Assembly (NCBI GenBank): GCA_044229145.1
Contig: JBGATO010000005.1
Location: 1 to 64,000, forward strand
Source of the DNA: Candidatus Eiseniibacteriota bacterium
Lineage (GTDB): Bacteria > Eisenbacteria > RBG-16-71-46 > CAZEPH01
Direction of reading: 5' to 3'
Length of the DNA: 64,000 nucleotides
This document shows, piece by piece, positions 31,223 to 40,133 of this stretch; the first letter of the stretch is position 1, and every line of letters begins with the position of its first letter. A program made the translations under genes and the position numbers. The notes beneath the pieces were generated by a model, which made no database searches, had not been told where the DNA came from, and saw only the letters and a list, made by a program, of their open reading frames with translations.

Positions 31223-31795
31223 GTCGCCGGGTGTGTTGAGATTGCGCAACACGGCGGCGTCGCGCACGGGCACGCGCCGCACGTGATCGCCCCATTCGCG
31301 TAGCACGTAGTCGAGCCGCAGGCGCGACGGCGCGCCGGGCGTCGCGAGCACCTGCCGCACGCCGTCCACAGTGAGCCACACCGGATGTCCCCCGCGCGAC
31401 ACGCCACGCGTTCGCACTTCGGGCAGCGCCGCCCACGCCCCGGCATCACACGCCGCACGCAAGGCATCCACCACCGCCCGTGACGCCGCCGGCGCATCCA
31501 CCGGCGAAACGAGACAGGCCGCACCGCGCGCCGCGCACAGCCCCAGAATCAGCGACGAAAATGGTCCGCGCGCGGTCGCAATGTTGTGCGTCCAGACGAT
31601 GTCGCGCTGGCGATGTGCGGCGCGAATCGCCGCCGCGTCACGGCCCACCACCACGATGCGCCGCGCCCCAAGCGCCGCCGCAAGATCGAGATGCGCGCGC
31701 AGCAATCCGACACCGGCATCTTCGACCAGGGCTTTCGGTGTGCCCATCCGGCGCGACCGGCCGGCGGCGAGGACCAGCGAGACGACCGGCGTCAC
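31214..31795 (-). CDS. mocA: Molybdenum cofactor cytidylyltransferase-like (MocA/MobA NTP transferase)
   Basis: VLAAGRSRRMGTPKAL, SSL..GL, PVDAP, GGHPV, NLNTPGD. Coupled to xdhC. Confidence 0.78.
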   Translation of the reverse strand: MTPVVSLVLAAGRSRRMGTPKALVEDAGVGLLRAHLDLAAALGARRIVVVGRDAAAIRAAHRQRDIVWTHNIATARGPFSSLILGLCAARGAACLVSPVDAPAASRAVVDALRAACDAGAWAALPEVRTRGVSRGGHPVWLTVDGVRQVLATPGAPSRLRLDYVLREWGDHVRRVPVRDAAVLRNLNTPGDLR

Positions 31796-32670
31796 GCGTC
31801 CGGCACGTCGCCGCACACCGCGGCGATGTCGGCGGCGTCGGGCAATCCGGCGGCGGGCGCGCCGCGTGTCACCGTGACCGCGCGGCCATCACGCACCGCC
31901 AACACTTCCGCGGCGACGCTGATCGCGATCTCCGACGGATGCTTGCCGCCAACACCGATGCCGATCGGCGAATGCACGCGCGCCACATCGTCCGGCGCGA
32001 AGCCCTGCGCGAGCAGCGACGTGCGGAAGCGCGCCCACTTGGCGCGGCTGCCGATCAGGCCCAGCACCCGCAGGCCGCGCGGCACCAGCATCCGCAAACA
32101 CTCGAAGTCGCGCCGGTGGCTGTGGCTCATGAGATAGACCAGCGAGTGCGCCGGCACCGGCGGAAAGTCGAGCAACGTGTCTTCCGGCGCCTCGAGCAGC
32201 CGCCGCGCTCGCGGGAAACGCTCTGCGGTGTTCCACTCCGGCCGGTCGTCGAGCACACTCACGTCGAGATCGAGTGGTGCCAACACCGTCGCCACGGCCT
32301 GCGCCACGTGCCCAGCTCCCACCAGGACGACATGCAGACGCGGCGCATGCACCGTGAACAGCACCTGCACCTCCCCGCCGCAACATTGATCCCGCGACGC
32401 ATTGAGGAAATAGGTTCGCAACTCGCAGGTGGCCGCCGCGGGATCCGCCAGGCGTGCCGCCAGCAGCCGCCGCGCATCGGCCAGCGCATCGTGCTCCAGC
32501 CCGCCACCGCCGATCGTGCTCTCGATCGACCCATCGGCGCGCAGCAGCATGCGGGCGCCCGGCTCGCGCGGCGCCGAGCCCGCGACGTGCGCCAGGGTCA
32601 GCACCACGAACGCCTCGCCGGCGGCTTCGAGCGCGGCCAGTCGCGCGTGGGTCAGCGGCATCGGATCCAT
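31792..32670 (-). CDS. xdhC: Xanthine dehydrogenase accessory protein XdhC
   Basis: GSAPREPGARM, TIGGGGLE, QCCGG, GAGHVA, SHSH..D, GLIGSRAK, SPIG...KHPSEIAISVAAE. Confidence 0.92.
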   Translation of the reverse strand: MDPMPLTHARLAALEAAGEAFVVLTLAHVAGSAPREPGARMLLRADGSIESTIGGGGLEHDALADARRLLAARLADPAAATCELRTYFLNASRDQCCGGEVQVLFTVHAPRLHVVLVGAGHVAQAVATVLAPLDLDVSVLDDRPEWNTAERFPRARRLLEAPEDTLLDFPPVPAHSLVYLMSHSHRRDFECLRMLVPRGLRVLGLIGSRAKWARFRTSLLAQGFAPDDVARVHSPIGIGVGGKHPSEIAISVAAEVLAVRDGRAVTVTRGAPAAGLPDAADIAAVCGDVPDA

Positions 32671-32716
32671 GACGTCGAGGCTACGCCTCCGCGCGGTGCC
32701 GGGGCAAGCACCACGC

Positions 32717-33604
32717 TCAGCCCTTCGCCGCCGCGCAAATCGCCGCCACGGCCGGATGCGTGACCCGACGTTCCAACGAGATCGCGTAGTACCGCTCGCG
32801 CACCTCCTCGGTGCGTCCGATCACCTGCACTCCGTGTTGCTGCTTCACCTCTGCTTCGATGGCGGTGGGCGCGGCGAACGCCCCGGCGCCGTGCTGTCCG
32901 AAGACCTTGACCAGCGCGGAATCGTCGAACTCGCCCACCACCTCCAGCGCGACATCGTGCTGACGCGTCCACTGATCCAGCGAACGACGCAGCGCGGTCG
33001 CCGGCGTCGGCACCAAGAATGGGGCGCGCGCCAAACTCGCCGGGAAACCGCGGCGCAGCGCGCGCGCCAGCCGCGGCGCCGCGAAGAAACTGACGCCGCA
33101 CTCGAGCAGCAAATGGTGGAAGGCCTTCACGCCCACCGTCGGCGGCAGCGGCGCGTCGCTGATCACCACGTCGAGTTCGTGCGTCGCCAGCAGCGCGCAC
33201 AACCGGGCCGACTCGTCCTCGCGCACTTGCAAGCGCACGCCCTCTCCCGCCGCTAGCGCCGGTGCCAGCAGGCGATGCGCGACCAGCTTCGGCACCACGT
33301 CCGCGACCCCCACGCGCACGTGCAGCGGCCGCGCCGGCGCGTGGCCTGCGAGGACACTCGTCAACTCGCGGCCGAGCGCGAAGATCTCGTCGGCGTACGA
33401 CAGCGCCAGTTGTCCGGTCTCGGTGAGCACGAGCCGCTTGCCGCGCCGCTCGAAGAGCGCGACGTCGAACACGCTCTCCAATTGCCGGATCTGCGCGCCG
33501 ATGGTCGGCTGCGCGAGGCCGAGTTCCGCCGACGCCTTCGCCAAGGAGCCGGCGCGCGCCGTGACCCAGAAATAGAGCAGGTGGTGGTAGTTCAATTGCC
33601 GCAT
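32717..33604 (-). CDS. nhaR: LysR-family transcriptional regulator, NhaR-like
   Basis: LNYHHLLYFW, QPTI..QI..LE, YADEIF.LG.EL, VGVADVVPK, EFDDSALVKVFG, YAISLERR..HPAV. Confidence 0.9.
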   Translation of the reverse strand: MRQLNYHHLLYFWVTARAGSLAKASAELGLAQPTIGAQIRQLESVFDVALFERRGKRLVLTETGQLALSYADEIFALGRELTSVLAGHAPARPLHVRVGVADVVPKLVAHRLLAPALAAGEGVRLQVREDESARLCALLATHELDVVISDAPLPPTVGVKAFHHLLLECGVSFFAAPRLARALRRGFPASLARAPFLVPTPATALRRSLDQWTRQHDVALEVVGEFDDSALVKVFGQHGAGAFAAPTAIEAEVKQQHGVQVIGRTEEVRERYYAISLERRVTHPAVAAICAAAKG

Positions 33605-33738
33605 CGCCGTCTCCGCGGTTAGAAGGTCTGCCCTTTCGATGACGCGCATATTATCTCATTTTTTCGCAGACGGCGATCTCCGATACTTCTTCACGTCGCA
33701 CGGGGCGACACACGAGACATCCAGACAGGAGAGACGAC

Positions 33739-34095
33739 ATGCGCTTCGACATCCGCGGTCCCAAGGACCTGATGACCCCTGACCTGATCCAGCACACCGA
33801 GCGCCGGCTCGACTTCGCGCTCTCGCGCTTCCGGCACATGATCCACCGCGTCGCGGTCCACCTCGGCGACGTCAACGGCCCCAAGGGCGGCATCGACCAG
33901 CGCTGCCACGTGGTGGCGCGCGTGCGCACCGGCGCACCGCTGGTCATCATCGAGCGCGACAGCGACCCGCTGGCGCTCATCGACCGCGCCGCTGACCGGC
34001 TCGGCCACGCGGTGAGCCGCCGCGTGGACCGCCGCCGCGGTGCCCGGCAGTCGCCCTGCATGGCCACCTTCGCCACGCGTCCGGAGGTTGCGTAA
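33739..34095 (+). CDS. HPF/RaiA-family ribosome-associated protein
   Basis: ERRLDFALSRF...V.L.DVNGPKGGIDQRC...IDRAADR. AGGAG SD. Confidence 0.85.
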   Translation: MRFDIRGPKDLMTPDLIQHTERRLDFALSRFRHMIHRVAVHLGDVNGPKGGIDQRCHVVARVRTGAPLVIIERDSDPLALIDRAADRLGHAVSRRVDRRRGARQSPCMATFATRPEVA

Positions 34096-35076
34096 GTGGC
34101 GGTCGCCGAGCTCGGCACGTGGGCGGGCTGGACCGCCTTCCTCGTGGTGGTGGGCGCGATGCTGGCGGTGGACCTCGGCGTCCGGCAACGGACGCCCCAC
34201 CGTCCCAGCGTCCGCCGGGCCGCGTGGTGGAGCGCCGCGTGGTTCGCGGTGGCCATCGCCTTCACGGCGGGCGTCGCGCTCACCCGCGGCTCCGAAGCGG
34301 GCTGGAGCTTCGCGTCGGCGTACCTGATCGAAAAGGCGCTGAGCCTCGACAACATCCTGGTCTTCGCCGTGCTGTTCCAGGCGTTCGCGGTGCCGGATAC
34401 GGCGCGCCACCGCGTGCTGTTCTGGGGCGTGATCGGCGCGCTGGTGATGCGTGCCGCGATGCTCATCGGCGGCGCGGCGTTGCTCGACGCGGCGCACTGG
34501 ATGATCTACGTGTTCGGCGCGGTGCTCTTGCTGACCGGTATCAAGTTGCTGCGCGGCGGCGGGGCGCATGGCGACGCCACACGGCATCCCTTGTATCGGC
34601 TGTTCCAACGCTGGGTCCCGACGACCGAGACCTATCACGGCGCGCGCTTCTGGGTGACCGAGAACGGCATCCGCAAAGCGACACCACTGCTCGCCGTGCT
34701 CGTGCTTGTCGAACTGACGGACCAACTGTTCGCTCTCGACTCGCTGCCGGCGGTGCTCGGCGTGTCGCACGATCCGTTCATCGTGGTGACGTCGAACGCG
34801 CTCGCGGTGCTCGGCATGCGATCGCTGTACTTCTGCCTCGAAGGCGTGACGCATCGCCTGCGCTACCTCAACGCGGGGCTGGCGACGGTGCTGGTGTTCG
34901 TCGGGGCGAAGATGCTGCTCGAGGATGTCTACAAGGTGCCGCCGGCGCTGTCGCTCGCGGTGATCGCGCTCATCCTCACAACGGCGGCGGCGTGCAGCCT
35001 GGTGGCCACACGCCGCGAACGCGAACGTGCGGAGACGGCGCCGAACGCGCCGCTCCCCGCTATGGGTCGATCTTGA
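34096..35076 (+). CDS. terC: TerC/Alx family membrane protein (Mn export/membrane metalation)
   Basis: YLIEKALSLDNILVF, HRVLFWGVIGALVMR, ELTDQLFALDSLPAV, DPFIVVTSN..AVLGMRSLYF. Confidence 0.92.
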   Translation: MAVAELGTWAGWTAFLVVVGAMLAVDLGVRQRTPHRPSVRRAAWWSAAWFAVAIAFTAGVALTRGSEAGWSFASAYLIEKALSLDNILVFAVLFQAFAVPDTARHRVLFWGVIGALVMRAAMLIGGAALLDAAHWMIYVFGAVLLLTGIKLLRGGGAHGDATRHPLYRLFQRWVPTTETYHGARFWVTENGIRKATPLLAVLVLVELTDQLFALDSLPAVLGVSHDPFIVVTSNALAVLGMRSLYFCLEGVTHRLRYLNAGLATVLVFVGAKMLLEDVYKVPPALSLAVIALILTTAAACSLVATRRERERAETAPNAPLPAMGRS

Positions 35077-35539
35077 CCGGCGTGCCCGGCACCCAGGCGC
35101 CGTGCTTCGCGCCGGCGACGATGCTGCGCTTCCAGATCGGCACTCGCGTCTTGATCGCGGTGACCGCCCAGTCGATGGCGGCGAACGCCTCGGCCCGATG
35201 CGGCGCCGACACCGACACGCCGAGGCTCGGCGTGTTGAGTCCGACGCGGCCGAGCGTGTGATGCACGGCGATCGAGGTGAGCTGGAAATTCAGCGCCGCC
35301 TCGTGGGCGACGCGCATGAGTTCTTCATCAGCCAGCGGGCGTGCCGCTTCGTACTCGAGCGCTTCGACCGTGCCGTCGTCCAGCACATCGTCGCGCGTGG
35401 TGCCGAGGAACGTGACCACCGCACCGGCGTGCGGCGAGCGCACCAACGCTTCGAGATGCGGCGGGTCGATGGAGGGACCTCCGACCTGCACCCAGCGTAC
35501 GGGGCCCCGCACGTGCAAGGTCTGTTCGCGTCCGATCAT
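35060..35539 (-). CDS. moaE: Molybdopterin synthase catalytic subunit
   Basis: GAVVTFLGTTRD, LEYEA, VSAPHRAEAF, IKTRVPIWK. Confidence 0.9.
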   Translation of the reverse strand: MIGREQTLHVRGPVRWVQVGGPSIDPPHLEALVRSPHAGAVVTFLGTTRDDVLDDGTVEALEYEAARPLADEELMRVAHEAALNFQLTSIAVHHTLGRVGLNTPSLGVSVSAPHRAEAFAAIDWAVTAIKTRVPIWKRSIVAGAKHGAWVPGTPVKIDP

Positions 35540-35593
35540 GTGTCCCTCGCCTTTCCTGATCGCGTCCACGGCCCGTGGGCCGCGACGCGCATC

Positions 35594-35887
35594 CTATCCG
35601 CCGGAAACCGGCGGGATGACATCCACCACGGCGCCGGCGTGCAAGCGCGTCCCGCTCGCCGCCCACGCATTGTCGATCGCCAGGGCGCACTGCGGCCGCA
35701 GCGTCTCGAGCGCCGGCATGCGGGTCACCAGCACCTCCCACAGCGCGTCGGTGGTGGCCGCGTGCGGCAGTGCCAGCGTGAGTTCGCGCTGCGTCGCGTG
35801 ATCCGCGGCGGGCCCGTGGAGCCGCACCCGCACGTCGATCGTCCCCGTCAGCTCGAAGCTGCCTGGCTGCTGCGCGTGCGGATCCAT
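35594..35887 (-). CDS. moaD: Molybdopterin synthase sulfur carrier
   Basis: Ubiquitin-like, ends VIPPVSGG. TAATG overlap with the moeA stop. Confidence 0.9.
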   Translation of the reverse strand: MDPHAQQPGSFELTGTIDVRVRLHGPAADHATQRELTLALPHAATTDALWEVLVTRMPALETLRPQCALAIDNAWAASGTRLHAGAVVDVIPPVSGG

Positions 35888-37674
35888 TAGAGGACGCTGC
35901 CTCGCACCACCGGATAGATGTCCGCCTCGTCGCCGGCGGCGAGTGTCGCGTGCGGCGGAATCAGCACGAAGGCCGAGCTCCGCGTCAGCGGCAGGAGGCT
36001 GCCGGAGTCGAGACTGCCCACGTCGACGGTCGCTTCCAAGCGGCTGGCCGACGGCGACACAGCGCCGAGCGCCGCCCACCACCGTCCGCCGGGATTGTCG
36101 ACCGCCGACGTGATGATCGCTCGCGCAGGCGCCCGTCCGGCTGCCGTCGACATCGGCGCGCGGCCGTGCCATGCATCGAACACGGGTCTCGCGAACAGCA
36201 CGTATGTCGCCAGGACGGAGAGCGGGTTCCCCGGCAGTGCGACGATCAGCTTACCGGCGCCGTCCGCGAACACGGAAAACGGACGGCCGGGGCGGAAGTT
36301 GACGCCGCGCACCACCGCACGAGCCCCACAGGCCTCCGCGGCCGCCGCGACGTGGTCGCGGTCGCCGACGGAAATGCCGCCCATGGTGATCACAGTGTCC
36401 GCCTCCGCGAGAGCGCGCTTCAATGACTCGATGGTCCCATCGAGAGAGTCGGGCACGTAGTGCGTGCCGGCATGGACGAGCCCGTCCGCCTCCAGCAACG
36501 CACGCAGCAACGGCGTGTTGCTGTCGAAGATGCGGCCCGGCGGAAGCCCGGCGGTGTCGGCGCCCAGCGGCACGATCTCATCGCCGGTGCTCAGCAGCGC
36601 GACGCGGTGCGCGGCGAAGACCGGGACACGCGCTTCGCCAGCGCTCGCGAGCACCGCGAGTTCGCGCGGCCCGAGCGTGGTGCCGCGTGCCGCCAAACGG
36701 GTCCCGCGCGGCAAACTGTGGCCGGCCGGGCGCACGCAGTCGCCGGACGCCACCGCTTCGCGGAAGCGCACGCGGCGGCCAGGGCCGTCGACCTCGACGT
36801 CTTCCTGCGGGATGACGCCGACGAGACCGTCCCCGAGCGGGGCGCCGGTGAGGATGCGCGCCACCGCGTCGTCTCGCGTCCACGGCGACGGCGCATCGCC
36901 GGCGTGGATCTCCCCCGCGAGCGGCAGCCAATCGGTGGCGCCGACGAGGGCCGCTGGATAGGCGTAGCCGTCCATCGCCGAGCGGGCGAAAGCGGGTTCG
37001 TCGTGGCGACAGACGACATCGGCGGCAAGGGTGCGGCCGCGCGCTTCAAGCAAGGCGGCCTCATCGATGCGCGGTGCGCGCGGCACGGCAAGGATGGCGC
37101 GCAAGGCGTCGTCCCGTTCGATCAGCGCTTTGCGGCCGCCGTGCGTACCGCCGCCGTGCGCGGCGTGACGATGGCCGCAGCCCCCGCCGGTGGCCGGCGC
37201 CATGTCGTGATCGCCACCGCGGGCGGTGTCGACGGCGTGGGGCAGCAGGTCGGTGAGCATCGCCAACTGCTCGCCCACCGCGCGCGGACTGCCGGGCAGG
37301 TTCACCACGAACGTCGCCCCCACCAATCCGCTGACCGCGCGGGACAAGACGGCGGTGGCGATCACCTGTGCGCTCTCGCGACGGAGATGTTCGTCGATGC
37401 CGGGCGTGACGCGGTCGAGCACACGGCGCGTCGCTTCCGGCGTCACGTCGCGCGGGCCGAAGCCGGTGCCGCCGCAGGTAACGACGATATCGGCACCGGC
37501 GCACAGCGCGCGCAGCGCGGTTTCGATGGCGTCGGCCTCGTCGGCGACGATCTGCGTCGCGACGACCTCGTGCGCGGCGCCCGCCGCCCAGTCGCGCACT
37601 ACGGCGAGGCAGCCGTCGGCGCGTTCGCCGCGCGCGGCGCGGTCGCTGACGACGAGAGCGGCCACGCGGCTCAT
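35887..37674 (-). CDS. moeA: Bifunctional MogA/MoaB-MoeA fusion (gephyrin-like)
   Basis: N-domain: VSDR..G.R.D, GGTGFGPRDVTPEAT, SRAVSG, NLPGSP. C-domain: SAMDGYA, ILTGAP, STGDE, GGISVGDRD, LPGNPLS. Confidence 0.9.
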   Translation of the reverse strand: MSRVAALVVSDRAARGERADGCLAVVRDWAAGAAHEVVATQIVADEADAIETALRALCAGADIVVTCGGTGFGPRDVTPEATRRVLDRVTPGIDEHLRRESAQVIATAVLSRAVSGLVGATFVVNLPGSPRAVGEQLAMLTDLLPHAVDTARGGDHDMAPATGGGCGHRHAAHGGGTHGGRKALIERDDALRAILAVPRAPRIDEAALLEARGRTLAADVVCRHDEPAFARSAMDGYAYPAALVGATDWLPLAGEIHAGDAPSPWTRDDAVARILTGAPLGDGLVGVIPQEDVEVDGPGRRVRFREAVASGDCVRPAGHSLPRGTRLAARGTTLGPRELAVLASAGEARVPVFAAHRVALLSTGDEIVPLGADTAGLPPGRIFDSNTPLLRALLEADGLVHAGTHYVPDSLDGTIESLKRALAEADTVITMGGISVGDRDHVAAAAEACGARAVVRGVNFRPGRPFSVFADGAGKLIVALPGNPLSVLATYVLFARPVFDAWHGRAPMSTAAGRAPARAIITSAVDNPGGRWWAALGAVSPSASRLEATVDVGSLDSGSLLPLTRSSAFVLIPPHATLAAGDEADIYPVVRGSVL

Positions 37675-38165
37675 CGCGCGCGCTCCTCTGCTTGCCAGTC
37701 GCCGCTCTTGCCGCCCGACTTCGCGGTCACGCGCACATCGTCGATGACCGCGCCCCGATCGACCGCCTTGATCATGTCGTAGACGGTGAGGGCGGCGATC
37801 GCGGCGGCGGTGAGCGCTTCCATCTCGACGCCGGTGACGTCGCGCGCCGTGGCCTGCGTGGTGATGCGCACGCCGGCGTCCTCCATCGTGCAGTCGACCT
37901 GGATGTCGTCGAGACGAATCGGATGGCAGAGGGGAATCAACTCGGGCGTGCGCTTGGCGCCGAGGATGCCGGCGAGTCGCGCGGTGGTCAGCGCATCGCC
38001 CTTCGGCAAATCATGCGCGAGGAGTCGGTCACGCACCGCGTCGCTGACACGTACCAGCGCCGTGGCGCAGGCAACCCGTCGCGTGACGTCCTTGCCGGAG
38101 ACGTCCACCATGCGCGGCCGGCCGGCGGCGTCGAGGTGCGTCAGGCGCGGCGACTCGTCGGCCAT
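37671..38165 (-). CDS. moaC: Cyclic pyranopterin monophosphate synthase
   Basis: LTHLD..G..RMVDVS.K, LIPLCHP, TGVEMEAL, YDMIKAVD, KSGGKSG. Confidence 0.96.
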   Translation of the reverse strand: MADESPRLTHLDAAGRPRMVDVSGKDVTRRVACATALVRVSDAVRDRLLAHDLPKGDALTTARLAGILGAKRTPELIPLCHPIRLDDIQVDCTMEDAGVRITTQATARDVTGVEMEALTAAAIAALTVYDMIKAVDRGAVIDDVRVTAKSGGKSGDWQAEERAR

Positions 38166-38172
38166 GCGGTCG

Positions 38173-39216
38173 CTACCCGCCGATCGTGGTCATCACCGGC
38201 ACACCGGCCGGCGGATGGTGCGGATTGAGTCCATTCTCGAACGGCTTCATCGCCAGAGCCTCGGCGATGCGCGAATCGAGCGCCGCCGCATCGACATGGC
38301 CGTTCACGGCGGGCGACAGGTCGATGCCGCGATCGAGATAGAGGCACGGCCGCAACTCGCCGCGTGCGGTGAGCCGCAGACGCGTGCACGAATCGCAGAA
38401 CTTGTGGCTGATACCGGTGATGAAGCCGAGGCGCCCGCGGAAGCCGTCGACCTCGTACATGCGCGCGACGCCTTCGTCGTACGGCAACCCGCGCAACACC
38501 ACGCCAAGGCCGTCTTCGATCCGCGCGATCATTTCGGGCGCCGGCAGCCAGCGCTCCGGCGTCCAACCATTCCCCGCGAACGGCAAGAACTCGAGCAACC
38601 GGACGTCCAGCGCGTGCTCGCGCGCCAACCCGGCGAACTGCAGCAGCTCGTCGTCGTTCACCCCGCGCTGGATCACCGCGTTGAGTTTGCGATGCGTGAA
38701 CGGTCGCGCCAGCATGCCGTCGAGCGCGCCGCGCACCGCGTCCACCGCGTCGACGCCGCAGAAGCGGTGGAATCGCTCACGGTCGAACGTGTCGAGCGAC
38801 AGATTGATGCCGGCGACGCCGGCGTCGACCAACGCATCGAGGTGCTTCTCGAGCACCACGCCATTCGACGTGATGCCGACGAATTCGACGCCCGGCAGCG
38901 CCCGCACCCGCGCCGCAAGCTGCGTGAGGCCGGGGCGCAGCAGAGGTTCGCCGCCGGTGAGGCGGATCTTCGACGCCCCGCGCTCGGCCAGCGCGCCGAT
39001 GGTGGCCACCAGGTGATCGTCGGTCATGCCGCGCGCCGCCGCGCCGTACTGCAGGGCGGCGGGCCGGCAATAGGTGCACTTGAGGTTGCAGCGGTCGGTG
39101 ACCGAGACGCGCACGGAGGTGTGGCGTCGGCCGAAGGCATCGGTGAGCGCGTCCGGACGCACCGGCTGGACCGGCGGCGGCATCACGGGAGGCGCGAAGG
39201 GTGGGGCGGAGTGCAT
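38173..39216 (-). CDS. moaA: GTP 3',8-cyclase
   Basis: RVSVTDRCNLKCTYC, TGGEPLLR, NLSLD, FCDSCTRLRLT..G..RPCL, C-terminal IGG. Confidence 0.95.
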   Translation of the reverse strand: MHSAPPFAPPVMPPPVQPVRPDALTDAFGRRHTSVRVSVTDRCNLKCTYCRPAALQYGAAARGMTDDHLVATIGALAERGASKIRLTGGEPLLRPGLTQLAARVRALPGVEFVGITSNGVVLEKHLDALVDAGVAGINLSLDTFDRERFHRFCGVDAVDAVRGALDGMLARPFTHRKLNAVIQRGVNDDELLQFAGLAREHALDVRLLEFLPFAGNGWTPERWLPAPEMIARIEDGLGVVLRGLPYDEGVARMYEVDGFRGRLGFITGISHKFCDSCTRLRLTARGELRPCLYLDRGIDLSPAVNGHVDAAALDSRIAEALAMKPFENGLNPHHPPAGVPVMTTIGG

Positions 39217-39346
39217 GGGCGCTAGTGTGCCATGCCCGGCGTGGCGGTGCAAACCGTGCCGACGCGGCGCGGACCCGGCGCCCGGCCGGCCCTCCAGTGG
39301 CTGCCCTGGCCTGTCCATCTCGTCCCCTGCCCTCCCTGCCTGTACA

Positions 39347-40045
39347 TCACGGCATGTCGAAGAGGAGCGCCTCCGCATCCTCGACGCCCTCCACCCGCAA
39401 CGCGCCTTCGCCTTCGATTCGCGCGCCGTCCCCCGCCTGAAGCGTCCGGTCGCCCAGACGGACGGTGCCGCGGGCCACATGGAGATAGCCGTAGCGCCCG
39501 GGCGCGAACGTGTGCTCGGCCGCCTCGCCGGCCGCCAGAACGGTGGCGTGGATGTCGGTGTCCTGGTGGATGGTCAGGCTGCCGTCGCGGCCGCCCCGCG
39601 AGGCGACGACACGCCAGCCGCCCCGGCGTTCTTCCACCGGAAACGCGCGCTGCTCGTACCCCGGTGAGAGACCGGCCCGCTCTGGGAGGATCCAGATTTG
39701 GAGGAAATGGAGCCCGGCATCCGGCGCGGCGTTGAACTCGCTGTGCAGCACACCGGTGCCGGCGCTCATGCGCTGCACGTCGCCCGGGCGGATCACCGAG
39801 CCGGTGCCCATGCTGTCGCGATGCTGGAGGGCGCCGTCCAACACGTAGCTGACGATCTCCATGTCGCGGTGCCCGTGCGTCGGAAACCCGGCGCCGGGGG
39901 CGACGGTGTCGTCGTTGAGGACGCGCAGAGTACGGAACTGCGTCCACGCCGGGTCGTGATAGTCGGCGAACGAGAACGTGTGCCAGGTGTCGAGCCAGCC
40001 GTGTGCGCCATGCCCGCGCTCGGCCGCCCGTCGGACGTCGATCAT
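39347..40045 (-). CDS. Pirin family protein (YhhW-like)
   Basis: HGWLDTWHTFSFADY, GFPTHGHRDMEI, HRDSMG, MSAGTGVLHSEFN, LQIWI. Confidence 0.93.
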   Translation of the reverse strand: MIDVRRAAERGHGAHGWLDTWHTFSFADYHDPAWTQFRTLRVLNDDTVAPGAGFPTHGHRDMEIVSYVLDGALQHRDSMGTGSVIRPGDVQRMSAGTGVLHSEFNAAPDAGLHFLQIWILPERAGLSPGYEQRAFPVEERRGGWRVVASRGGRDGSLTIHQDTDIHATVLAAGEAAEHTFAPGRYGYLHVARGTVRLGDRTLQAGDGARIEGEGALRVEGVEDAEALLFDMP

Positions 40046-40133
40046 CGCAACCTCCCGTGGCCGCCGGCCCCGATGGCCGCGCGGCACCGGAAGGGATAGA
40101 TGCAGCCGCGCGGCACTTCGGCGCGTCCGGCGG

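Noticed and set aside
39217..39346. Possible Moco riboswitch upstream of moaA
   Set aside because: The promoter layout implies a leaderless transcript, and no Moco-motif consensus was recognisable.
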